A DNA stretch of 64,000 nt from Rhodospirillaceae bacterium. Its GTDB lineage: Bacteria > Pseudomonadota > Alphaproteobacteria > UBA6615. The stretch lies in contig JAYOFO010000003.1 in the NCBI GenBank assembly GCA_038117265.1, positions 10,865 to 74,864 of the forward strand, given 5' to 3'. The translations under genes were made by a program, and so were the position numbers. Below the pieces are notes generated by a model, which worked only from the letters and a program-made list of their open reading frames with translations, did not search any database and was not told the DNA's origin. This document shows, one piece after another, positions 40,249 through 48,359 of the stretch (its first letter is position 1; the number at the start of each line of letters is the position of its first letter).

Positions 40249-41028
40249 ATGAGCGAACCCACCCGCGTCACCGCCGCCGTGCTGATCATCGGCAACGAGA
40301 TTCTCTCGGGCCGAACCCACGACGCGAACCTGCCGTTCCTGGGGACCGAGCTCAACCTAATGGGCATTCAGCTGCGCGAGGCCCGGGTGGTGGCCGACAT
40401 CGAGTCCGAGATCATCGACGCGGTGAATGCGTGCCGCGCCAAGTACGACTATGTCTTCACCACCGGCGGCATCGGCCCGACCCATGACGACATCACGGCG
40501 GGCTGTGTAGCCAGGGCGTTCGGACAGAAGCTGATCCGCCATCCCGAGGCCGAGCGCATCCTGCGCGAGCGCATCGCCGCGATGGGGGTCGAGGTGACCG
40601 AGGCCCGGCTCAAGATGGCCGAGACGCCGGAACACGCCGAGCTGATCGACAACCCGATCTCGGGCGCGCCGGGCTTCAAGGTCGAGAACGTCTTCGTGAT
40701 GGCCGGCATCCCGCGGATCATGCGGGCCATGTTCGAGGCGGCAAAACCCCATCTGAAGGGCGGCGTGACCCTGGAATCCGTCACGGTCGGCAGCTTCGTG
40801 CCGGAGGGGACCATCGCCACCGAGCTCGGCCTGCTGCAGGACGCCTATCCCGACATCGATATCGGCAGCTACCCGTTCCATTTCGATGGCAAGCCGGGCT
40901 CAAATCTGGTGCTGCGCGGACCCGACCGGGCGCGCCTCGACGAGGCGGCGGGCCGGCTCGGCGACCTGATCCGCAACCTCGGCGGCGAGCCCGTCGCGGG
41001 CGGGGTCGAGGTGCCCAAGTCGGACTAG
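40249..41028 (+). CDS. CinA-like MoCF-biosynthesis (molybdopterin-binding) domain protein
   Basis: AAVLIIGNEILSGRT.D.N...L...L...G and FTTGGIGPTHDDIT. Only the N-terminal CinA-type domain is present. Confidence 0.82.
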   Translation: MSEPTRVTAAVLIIGNEILSGRTHDANLPFLGTELNLMGIQLREARVVADIESEIIDAVNACRAKYDYVFTTGGIGPTHDDITAGCVARAFGQKLIRHPEAERILRERIAAMGVEVTEARLKMAETPEHAELIDNPISGAPGFKVENVFVMAGIPRIMRAMFEAAKPHLKGGVTLESVTVGSFVPEGTIATELGLLQDAYPDIDIGSYPFHFDGKPGSNLVLRGPDRARLDEAAGRLGDLIRNLGGEPVAGGVEVPKSD

Positions 41029-41056
41029 ACGCCGCGCCCGCTGAGCGGCTTTGGCC

Positions 41057-41230
41057 CTAGGGCTGCCAGACGGCGGTCCAGACCAGCGCCAGCGCGCCGA
41101 CAACCGCGAACCAAAACACCGGGTTCTTCGTCATGGCCTCGCGATTACGCGCGAAAAGAAACAGCGCGGGCGCGAGGATCAGCAGCGCGCCTACGGCGGC
41201 GATCACGCGGGCGATGTCGTATCCATCCAC
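41057..41230 (-). CDS. Possible 57-aa two-TM small membrane protein (not in the ORF track)
   Basis: GTG start. VDGYDIARVIAAVGALLILAPALFLFARNREAMTKNPVFWFAVVGALALVWTAVWQP has two hydrophobic helices and moderate GC3. No homology recognised. Confidence 0.3.
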   Translation of the reverse strand: MDGYDIARVIAAVGALLILAPALFLFARNREAMTKNPVFWFAVVGALALVWTAVWQP

Positions 41231-41237
41231 GCCGTGA

Positions 41238-42452
41238 CTACCCCAGATTCTCGCTCAGCAGCGGTGGCGCGCTGCGCTTGAAGCCGGCCAGCGCCTCCGC
41301 GATCCGGTAGCGCGTGGGGAAGGGGAACGAGATGTGCTTCTGGACGTGGGCGTCGCGCACGTATTTCTCGATCGGCATGCCCTGGATCACGCCCATGCCG
41401 CCGAACAGCTCCATCGCCTGTTCGGTGATCCGCTGCACCGCGGTGCCGGTGAACGCCGTCGCCATCATCTCGTAGGGCTGCCAGTCGGCGCTGCCGTCGG
41501 CGAACGCCTCCGGGTGGTCCTTGGCCCAGGCCGCGGTCCAGGTCAGCCGCCGCGCGGCCTCCAGATTGGTCGCCATGTCGGCGATGCACAGGCCGACCGC
41601 CTGGTGCCGGATGATCGGCTTGCCGCCCGCGACCCGCTCCTGGGTGTACTTGATCGTCTCCTCCAGGGTGGCGCGGCCCAGCCCCAGGGTGATCGCGGCG
41701 ATGGTCACATGCGTCCCCATGTCGGAACGCGGCGCCACGGGCGCCAGGATGCGGCCCGGCGGCACGCGCACATCGTCGAAGAAGATCTCGGCATTGTCGC
41801 CGATCCGCCGGCCGATCTTCGACATCGGGTGACGCACCAGCCCCTCGGAATCGCCCTCGACCAGGAACGCCTTCGGCCCGTCCTCGGTCTGGGCCATGGT
41901 GACCAGCAGCTTGGCGAGGTAGCCGACGGTCTGGAAGTTCTTGGCGCCGTTGATGATCCACGACCCGTCGGGCTGCTCGACCGCGCGCGTGCGGAAGGCC
42001 GCCTCGGTCGGCGTGTCGGTGAAGTAGTCGAAGCCGAGGTCGGTGTCGGGCTCGTGGATGGCGACCGTGGTGAAATAGGTGTCGTCCTCCAGGAAGCGCG
42101 GGATGAAGTATTCGCGCTGCTCGTCGTTCATGCGCAGCTCGAACCAGTCGCGCGCGCGCCGGGCGGTCAGCATGTAGTAGTAGGCGGTGCCGATATCGCC
42201 GGCCGCCAGCTCCTCGGCGACGACGCAGGCGGTGAGATGGTCGGACGCGCCGGCGCCGCCGTTTTCCTCCTGCAGCACGAAGGTGCGGAAGCCGAGCTGC
42301 GAGCCTTTCTTCAAGACGTCCCAGGGGATCCGGTCCTCCCAGTTGGGCTTCGCCTCGAGCTCCAGCGCGATCGGCTTGATCTCGTTCTCGGCGAACTCGC
42401 GTGCCATCGCCTGGAAGGCGCGCTGCTCCTCGTTGAGCCGGATGTCGAACAT
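41238..42452 (-). CDS. Acyl-CoA dehydrogenase family protein
   Basis: MFDIRLNEEQRAFQAMAREFAENEI... with ACAD N, middle and C domain order. RBS GGGGGAAAC. 404 aa. Confidence 0.88.
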   Translation of the reverse strand: MFDIRLNEEQRAFQAMAREFAENEIKPIALELEAKPNWEDRIPWDVLKKGSQLGFRTFVLQEENGGAGASDHLTACVVAEELAAGDIGTAYYYMLTARRARDWFELRMNDEQREYFIPRFLEDDTYFTTVAIHEPDTDLGFDYFTDTPTEAAFRTRAVEQPDGSWIINGAKNFQTVGYLAKLLVTMAQTEDGPKAFLVEGDSEGLVRHPMSKIGRRIGDNAEIFFDDVRVPPGRILAPVAPRSDMGTHVTIAAITLGLGRATLEETIKYTQERVAGGKPIIRHQAVGLCIADMATNLEAARRLTWTAAWAKDHPEAFADGSADWQPYEMMATAFTGTAVQRITEQAMELFGGMGVIQGMPIEKYVRDAHVQKHISFPFPTRYRIAEALAGFKRSAPPLLSENLG

Positions 42453-42585
42453 GTGCGTTTCCCCCGCTTGTTGCCGGCGAGCGTGCGCGTCGGGCACGCC
42501 CGGCGTGTTGATCCCGGTCAACGTCTGCTTCGGATCGCCTTGCGTGTTCGCGGCATCGACGGGATCGTTGCTAGTATAGGCTCGT

Positions 42586-42630
42586 GCGGGCGTGGCGGAA
42601 CTGGTAGACGCACGAGACTTAAAATCCTCG
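42586..42630 (+). pseudogene. tRNA-Leu(UAA) 5'-half fragment (acceptor 5' strand, D arm, anticodon arm with a bulged 3' strand)
   Basis: GCGGGCG-TG-GCG-GAACTGGTAGA-CGC-A-CGAGA-CTTAAAA-TC(C)TCG. No variable arm, T arm or acceptor 3' strand follows. Confidence 0.6.
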
Positions 42631-42716
42631 CGCGCGGGTCGGAAAGGCTATACGTAGCAAGGCGTTAAGGAGACGAGACCACTTCGGGGCCCGGAATAGG
42701 CCCGACGGCGTCCGGG

Positions 42717-42803
42717 GCGGGCGTGATGGAACTGGTAGACATAAGCGACTTAAAATCGCTTGGGCTTTGTCCCGTGCGGGTTCGAGTCCCGCCGCCCGCA
42801 CCA
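42717..42803 (+). tRNA. tRNA-Leu (anticodon UAA)
   Basis: Hand-folded cloverleaf. Acceptor GCGGGCG/CGCCCGC, D stem ATG/CAT, anticodon stem AGCGA/TCGCT with loop CTTAAAA, long variable arm, T arm GCGGG-TTCGAGT-CCCGC, encoded CCA. Confidence 0.9.
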
Positions 42804-42870
42804 CCCTTCGCTCTTCGAGCTTCGCGCTCCGGCGAAAACAACCCGAGGCCCGACAATCCGGGACGGCACG

Positions 42871-43854
42871 ATGACCACGATCGACATCCACACCCATATG
42901 TTCGGCCAGGGGTGGCTCGACATGGTCCGCAAGCACGGCGCACCGGCCTACGCGATCGCGGACAAGGAGGATGGCCGCGACTATCTCGTCGAATACGGCT
43001 CGCCGGCCTGCGCGCTCGAGGTCGAGGCGTTCGACTATGACGCGCGCATCGCGATGATGGACCGCTTCGGCATCGACGTGTCGGTCGTCTCGCTGACCTC
43101 GCCCAACGTGCATTTCGGCGACGAGGCCGTCAGCGTCGCGACCGCGCGCATCGCCAACGACGAGATGGCGGCGGGGCAGGCCGCGCATCCCGAGCGCATC
43201 CGCTGGTTCGCCTCGCTGCCCTGGGAGTATCCCGACGCGGCGCTGGCCGAACTCGAACGCTGCGTGGCGCTGGGGGCGGTGGGGGTGATGTGCGTCGCCC
43301 ATATCGGCGCGCGGCACCTGATCGACCCGCATTTCGCGCCGGTCTGGCAGGCGCTCGACGCCCGCCGGATGCCGGTGCTGGTGCACCCGACCGCACCGCT
43401 CGGCGCCCAGGCGGTGAACTTCGGCCACGAACGCATCCTGATGCCGGCGGCCGGGTTCATGTACGACACCACGATCGCGCTGGCGCGGATGGCGCTCGAC
43501 GGATTCTTCGAGCGTTTCCCGAATGTGCCGATCATCGCCAGCCATGGCGGCGGCTACATCCCCTTCGTCAACGGACGCGTGGACATGTTCTTCGGCGTCG
43601 AGACCTTGCAGAAGTTCGACATCCCGAAGCTGCCGAGCGACTATTTCAGCCAGCTCTACTACGACGCCATCGTCTATGACACGGCGGCCCTGCGGCTCGT
43701 GATCGACATCGCGGGGCCCGAGAAGGTGCTGTTCGGAACGGATCTGCCGATGCCGGCGGATGTGCCGAAGCTCTTCGACCTGGTCGATGCGCGCCCGCCC
43801 GGCGAGGCGGCCGCGATCCGGGGCGGCAACGCCGCGCGGCTGTTCGGCCTCTAG
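42871..43854 (+). CDS. Amidohydrolase-2 family protein (ACMSD-like decarboxylase/hydrolase)
   Basis: MTTIDIHTHMF (HxH metal motif), ...VLVHP..., ..SHGGG and FGTD.P. 327 aa. Confidence 0.82.
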   Translation: MTTIDIHTHMFGQGWLDMVRKHGAPAYAIADKEDGRDYLVEYGSPACALEVEAFDYDARIAMMDRFGIDVSVVSLTSPNVHFGDEAVSVATARIANDEMAAGQAAHPERIRWFASLPWEYPDAALAELERCVALGAVGVMCVAHIGARHLIDPHFAPVWQALDARRMPVLVHPTAPLGAQAVNFGHERILMPAAGFMYDTTIALARMALDGFFERFPNVPIIASHGGGYIPFVNGRVDMFFGVETLQKFDIPKLPSDYFSQLYYDAIVYDTAALRLVIDIAGPEKVLFGTDLPMPADVPKLFDLVDARPPGEAAAIRGGNAARLFGL

Positions 43855-43953
43855 CGAGGCGGATTCTCCGGACTCTCGGGAATCAACGGTTTTTTCACCC
43901 GCGCGCGCCAGTTTCCTCGCAAAACCCGGAAATCCCACTCTGGCGGCGAGGCG

Positions 43954-44325
43954 ATGCGGCATCGGCAGGCGACATCCGACTGGAAGTACGGAACCCGCGC
44001 ATTCCGTGCCGGCGAGTTCGTCTTTCGCGAGGGCGATCGCGCTGCCGAGGCCTATATCGTTGAGACCGGCGAGGTCGAGGTGCGCAAGGACGGGGGCCAT
44101 GGCGACGTCCTGATTGCGCGGGTAGGTGCCGGTGAACTTCTTGGCGAGATGGCCGTCGTCGACGACTCGCCGCGTATGGCGAGCGCCGTCTGCCGCCGCG
44201 AGACCGTTCTCCGCGTTGTCCCGGAGGATTTGTTCCGGGCGCGGCTTGCGCAGGCCGATCCGTTTCTGCGCGGGCTGGTGCGAACACTCGTACGAAACGC
44301 GCGCCGCAACGCAGAGCGCGCCTGA
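43954..44325 (+). CDS. Stand-alone cyclic-nucleotide-binding (cNMP/Crp-type) domain protein
   Basis: 123 aa. F..GEFVFREGD....YIV.TGEVEV...........GAGELLGEMA......R.ASAV is the cNMP-binding beta-roll. No HTH or other output domain. Confidence 0.75.
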   Translation: MRHRQATSDWKYGTRAFRAGEFVFREGDRAAEAYIVETGEVEVRKDGGHGDVLIARVGAGELLGEMAVVDDSPRMASAVCRRETVLRVVPEDLFRARLAQADPFLRGLVRTLVRNARRNAERA

Positions 44326-44355
44326 CCGCGGCAACCGCCGCTGATCGTCCGGCAC

Positions 44356-44388
44356 GAAAAAGGGGCGCCGGCCTTCGCCGACGCCCCT
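44356..44388 (-). terminator. Rho-independent terminator for the OmpA-family gene
   Basis: The minus-strand RNA is AGGGGCGUCGGC-GAAG-GCCGGCGCCCCU followed by UUUUUC. The stem is 12 bp including one G-U. On the plus strand the same position is a C-A mismatch and there is no U tract. Confidence 0.7.
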
Positions 44389-44411
44389 TCGAAGCGTTGA
44401 TGCCGGTGCGC

Positions 44412-45296
44412 TTACGGCGCGACCGAAATCTCGACGCGGCGGTTCTTGCCCTCCGCGACACCGTCTGCGGTGCGCGCGTCGAGATACTTCTCGCCGTAGC
44501 CCTTCACCTTGATCGCGTCGCGCGCAACACCGCGGATGCGGAGCGCGGCGGCCACGACCTGCGCACGGCGCTGCGACAGGCGCTCGTTCGCGGCCGCGTT
44601 GCCGGCGGTGTCGGTGTAGCCCGAGACCACCACGCGCAGCGTGTTGAACTTGCCGGCGAGATCGACGGCCTCCGACAGGGTCTTGTTGGCTGCGTCGTCG
44701 AGGCGTGCCGAACCGGTCGCGAAGTAGACCTTGAAAAGCTTGCCCTTCGGCGGCTTGGCCTTCTGGGCCGGTGCCGGAGCCTTCTGGGCCGGTGCCGGAG
44801 CGGCTGCCGCCTGCGGCGCGACCGCGTTGCGGATCGCCGGGATCAGGCCGTCGAGCTGGTCGCGGCAGGCCTCGATGTGATCGGGCTGCTGGTTCTCCTC
44901 GAGTTCCTGGATCCAGCACTCAAAGGCCACCTGCGCTGTGGCGGCGAGCTGGGGAACCTTCACCCGTGCACCCGCGTCGAAGAGCTGGTCCAGCTCTTCG
45001 CGCGCCGTGCCGACGTAGAACGCCTCGCTCTGCGGCAGCTTGCGCGAGCTGACCTCGGGGAGCGGCATGACCTTCTGCGGGTCGCCAGCGGCCATCGCCT
45101 GACGCGCGAAATAGTCGGCGTCCGCATAGTCGCCCTCGGAGTATTCGGCCTGTGCCAGCCGCAGGTAACCGGCAGCGAGCGCATTGTCGAAATCGGTGCT
45201 GTTTGGGGTCATCTTCTGGGCCTTGCCCAGTTCCTGTCCCGCGCAGGCCGTCAGCGCGATCATCGCGGTAGCGGCGAGTAAGGCCTTCATGGTCAT
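44412..45296 (-). CDS. OmpA-family lipoprotein (C-terminal OmpA/peptidoglycan-binding domain)
   Basis: Lipobox MTMKALLAATAMIALTAC, Ala/Pro-rich linker and C-terminal GYTD..G....N..LS..RA..V OmpA-like domain. TAA stop. Confidence 0.88.
   Translation of the reverse strand: MTMKALLAATAMIALTACAGQELGKAQKMTPNSTDFDNALAAGYLRLAQAEYSEGDYADADYFARQAMAAGDPQKVMPLPEVSSRKLPQSEAFYVGTAREELDQLFDAGARVKVPQLAATAQVAFECWIQELEENQQPDHIEACRDQLDGLIPAIRNAVAPQAAAAPAPAQKAPAPAQKAKPPKGKLFKVYFATGSARLDDAANKTLSEAVDLAGKFNTLRVVVSGYTDTAGNAAANERLSQRRAQVVAAALRIRGVARDAIKVKGYGEKYLDARTADGVAEGKNRRVEISVAP
44759..44800. repeat. Perfect 2 x 21-nt tandem repeat inside the OmpA-family linker
   Basis: ccttctgggccggtgccggag occurs twice in tandem and encodes APAPAQK-APAPAQK. 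Confidence 0.9.
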
Positions 45297-45393
45297 GTCT
45301 GAGATATCCCCTTTTGTTTTCCAGCCGAACACATCGGACCTCTGTTCGAAGCCCGGATAGAACTCCCCCAACCGGGTATGCCCGATCGCGGCG

Positions 45394-45421
45394 ATTGTAA
45401 CAAAGTAAAATTATTAGCCAA
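45394..45421 (-). promoter_or_regulatory. Candidate promoter of the OmpA-family gene (TTGGCT-16 nt-TACAAT)
   Basis: Conspicuously AT-rich patch in GC-rich DNA, about 95 nt upstream of the ATG at 45296. Confidence 0.45.
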
Positions 45422-45435
45422 GTCGAACAGCGCGC

Positions 45436-45930
45436 CTATTCGGCGTCTGCAAGGCACGCCGCGAACAGCGACAATGCCTCGGCGGCGAACCGCCACATGT
45501 TCTCGCCCCGGTCGTCGCGCCCGGTCTCCAGCGTGCGCACCCGCGACACCGGCCCCGACACGGCAACGCAGGTGTGGCCGGCATCGTCGCCGTAGCGGTT
45601 GCCCGACGGGCCGGCCGCGCCCGTCTCGGCGACGGCCCAAATCGTTCCCATGCGCGTGCGCACGGTCTCGGCCAGGAGCTGCGCGAAGGGCTCGCTGCTC
45701 GACCGGATGCCCGCGGCGTCCATGTCCGCCTGGGTGATGCCGGCCAGGACTTCGCGCGACACGGTCGTGTAGGTAACGGCCCCGCCCACGAAATAGGCCG
45801 ATGCGCCGGGAACGGCGAGCAGCTGGGCCGCGACGAGACCGCCCGCCGACGTTTCGGCGACGGCGACCGTCTGTTTCCGCGCCTTCAGGATTTCGGCGAT
45901 GGCGGCGGTGTGTTCGACGAGTGACGTCAT
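45436..45930 (-). CDS. pncC: CinA C-terminal domain protein (PncC-type nicotinamide-nucleotide amidohydrolase)
   Basis: 164 aa with TVAVAETSAGGL....L...PGAS.YF.GG.V.Y and AVAETGAAGP, the CinA/PncC pattern. Confidence 0.82.
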   Translation of the reverse strand: MTSLVEHTAAIAEILKARKQTVAVAETSAGGLVAAQLLAVPGASAYFVGGAVTYTTVSREVLAGITQADMDAAGIRSSSEPFAQLLAETVRTRMGTIWAVAETGAAGPSGNRYGDDAGHTCVAVSGPVSRVRTLETGRDDRGENMWRFAAEALSLFAACLADAE

Positions 45931-46826
45931 TGGCTTTCCTCCCCGGCGCGCGCGCTTCGCCGCGCATCGGTCAACCGTACCGACAGAACCGCCGCGATGA
46001 CCAGCCCCCCGCCGAGGATCTGGACGGGGCTCAGCGCCTCGCCCAGCGCCAGGAAGCCGAACAGCATGCTGGCCACGGGCTCGAGATTCATCGACAGCGA
46101 GGTCGGAACCGGACCGGCCAGCGACATGGCGATGAAGATCGTCACGATTGCGGCGGCATAGGCCATCGGGCCCAGGGCGAACGCCGTCCAGCCGGTTGCC
46201 GTGGACGGCAGCGCGAAGTCTCCCGCGGCCCAGGTGATGACTGCGAAGATCGTCGTCGCCGAGACCATCATGTGGAGCGTCACGGGACGGGAATCGCCTT
46301 CGCCCACGACCCTGTTGTTCAGCACGATCACGGCGGTGATGCCGAGCGCGGCCATGGCGGCGAGCGCGACCCCGGCGAGCGACAGGTGCCCGCCCGTCAC
46401 GTCGAGGGCGAGCGCCAGCCCGACGAAGGCGACAACGAGCGCTGCGGCCGTCGCCCATGTCGGTTGTGCGCGGCCGGTGACCCACATGTAGACGCTGGTG
46501 AGCAGCGGGAAGGTGTAGAAGATCAGGATCGCGAGCGCGACGGGGATGAACTGGATCGAGCCAAGAACGCCATAGGAATAGAGCGCGAGGATCGCGCCGA
46601 TCCCCAACGCCGCGAGGCGCCGGCGCAGCGGCAGGTGCAGGCTGCGGCGCGCGAGAAGAAGGATCGTCAGCACCAGAAGCGCGGCCAGCGCGGATCGCAG
46701 GGTCAGGTAGCTCAGCGGGTTGGTGCCGCCCGCATAGGCCACCTTCGCCGCGGTCGTGTTGAACGCGAAGCCGATGGCCGCGGCACTCGCGAGCGCGGCG
46801 GCGAAGAGGGTGGTCTGGCGCGACAT
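45927..46826 (-). CDS. DMT superfamily (EamA-like) transporter
   Basis: 299-aa hydrophobic protein starting MSRQTTLFAAALASAAA. The rest of the 1177-aa track ORF is an off-frame artefact across the amidase genes. Confidence 0.75.
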   Translation of the reverse strand: MSRQTTLFAAALASAAAIGFAFNTTAAKVAYAGGTNPLSYLTLRSALAALLVLTILLLARRSLHLPLRRRLAALGIGAILALYSYGVLGSIQFIPVALAILIFYTFPLLTSVYMWVTGRAQPTWATAAALVVAFVGLALALDVTGGHLSLAGVALAAMAALGITAVIVLNNRVVGEGDSRPVTLHMMVSATTIFAVITWAAGDFALPSTATGWTAFALGPMAYAAAIVTIFIAMSLAGPVPTSLSMNLEPVASMLFGFLALGEALSPVQILGGGLVIAAVLSVRLTDARRSARAGEESQ

Positions 46827-46922
46827 GGTGGGCGTTTCGGTGGACCTTGCTCGGACGATGGGCGAGATTGAACAAAACGGGCCGTGCACACAACAGGCGC
46901 GGAGAAGCTGGGGAGAGCGGGA

Positions 46923-48359
46923 ATGGCCGGGTTCGCCGAATACGAGGATTACGACGCCGTCGGGTTGGCCGAACTGGTCGCGCACGGCGATGTGAGCGCC
47001 GAAGAGGTACTGGAGGCCGCGATCGTGCGTTGCGAGGCGCGCAATCCGGCGCTGAACGCGGTGGTCATGGAGCTCTACGACCACGGGCGCGCGATGGCGG
47101 CCGGCGACCTGCCGAAGTGGCCGCTGGCCGGCGCGCCCTACCTGATCAAGGATCTCGGCGCGACTATCGCGGGCACCGTGACCACGGGCGGCAGCCGGTT
47201 CATGACGGATCTCGTCGCCGAGGCCGACAGCGAGACCGTGAAACGGCTCAAGGCCGCCGGCATGGCGATCTTCGGCAAGACCAACACCTGCGAGTTCGGC
47301 ATGTCGATCACCTGCGAGCCGCAACTCTACGGCCCGACGCGCAACCCGTGGGACGATGCGGTGACGCCGGGCGGCTCGTCGGGCGGCGCGGCGTCGGCCG
47401 TGGCGGCGCGCATCGTGCCCGCGGCGCACGCCAGCGACGGGTTCGGCTCGATCCGAGTTCCGGCCTCGTGCTGCGGGCTCGTCGGCATGAAGCCGACGCG
47501 GGGGCGCAACTCGTTCTCGCCGGGGCTGGGCGAGCGCATGGGCGGCATCGTCGCCGAGCACACCGTCTCGATCACCGTGCGCGACCATGCTGCGATCCTC
47601 GATGCGACGGCGGGTCCCGCACCGGGCGATCCGTACTTCGCGCCGCCGCCGGCCCGGCCGTTCCTCGACGAGGCGCGGACCGATCCGGGTGCCCTGCGCA
47701 TCGCCGTCAGCCATGGCGGGGCGACGGGCGCCAGGACCGATAGCGAGCATGCCCGCGTGCTCGACGAGACGGTCGCCATCCTGGAAGGCCTCGGCCACAC
47801 GGTGGTGCCGGCGGACCCGCCGATCTCGAACGACGAGATGCAGGAAATCTTCCGCACCCTGATGGCCTCGAACGCGGCCCAGATCATCCGCATGCACCCG
47901 ACCAAGGGACGGCTTCCCGAGCCGGGCGAGGTCGAGCGGGTGGTCGCGGCGACGGCCGAGAAGGGCGTGTCCGTCACCGGCTACGACGTGTTCCTGGCCC
48001 AGGCGCGCATGCACGCCGCCGCGCGCCGGCTCGCGGCCTTCTTCGCGGACCACGACGTGCTGCTGACGCCGGGGCTGGGCCACATGCCGCCCAAGCTCGG
48101 CTGGCTCGACATGATGATGGACGATGCCGATGCATACTGGGATCGGGTCGCGGCATTCTCGCCGTTCACCGTCTGGTTCAACCTGACCGGCAACCCGGCG
48201 ATCAGCCTGCCGGTCGGCGCGACCGCGGAGGGCTTTCCGGTGTCGGTGCAGGCGGTGGGACGCTTCGCCGACGAGGCGACCCTGTTCCGGCTGTCCGCCC
48301 AGCTCGAGGCGGCCATGCCGTGGCGCGGGCGCGTGCCGCCGGGCCTGCCGCCGGTCTAG
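46923..48359 (+). CDS. Amidase (amidase-signature family)
   Basis: [19 protein letters not shown] and the Ser-cisSer-Lys context. RBS GGGGAGAG. 478 aa. Confidence 0.88.
   Translation: MAGFAEYEDYDAVGLAELVAHGDVSAEEVLEAAIVRCEARNPALNAVVMELYDHGRAMAAGDLPKWPLAGAPYLIKDLGATIAGTVTTGGSRFMTDLVAEADSETVKRLKAAGMAIFGKTNTCEFGMSITCEPQLYGPTRNPWDDAVTPGGSSGGAASAVAARIVPAAHASDGFGSIRVPASCCGLVGMKPTRGRNSFSPGLGERMGGIVAEHTVSITVRDHAAILDATAGPAPGDPYFAPPPARPFLDEARTDPGALRIAVSHGGATGARTDSEHARVLDETVAILEGLGHTVVPADPPISNDEMQEIFRTLMASNAAQIIRMHPTKGRLPEPGEVERVVAATAEKGVSVTGYDVFLAQARMHAAARRLAAFFADHDVLLTPGLGHMPPKLGWLDMMMDDADAYWDRVAAFSPFTVWFNLTGNPAISLPVGATAEGFPVSVQAVGRFADEATLFRLSAQLEAAMPWRGRVPPGLPPV

Noticed and set aside
42586-42716. 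Possibility that the upstream tRNA-like piece is tRNA-Sec (selC), or a tRNA-Leu(UAA) carrying a group I intron
   Set aside because: The anticodon loop reads CUUAAAA (anticodon UAA, not UCA). The loop is uninterrupted, whereas group I introns in tRNA-Leu(UAA) split the anticodon. No T arm, acceptor 3' strand or long Sec-type extra arm can be drawn in the following 90 nt.
42619-44919. 766-aa minus-strand ORF spanning the tRNA-Leu, amidohydrolase and cNMP genes
   Set aside because: It runs antisense to well-supported genes and across a tRNA. Its composition is Arg/Gly-rich with no domain signatures.
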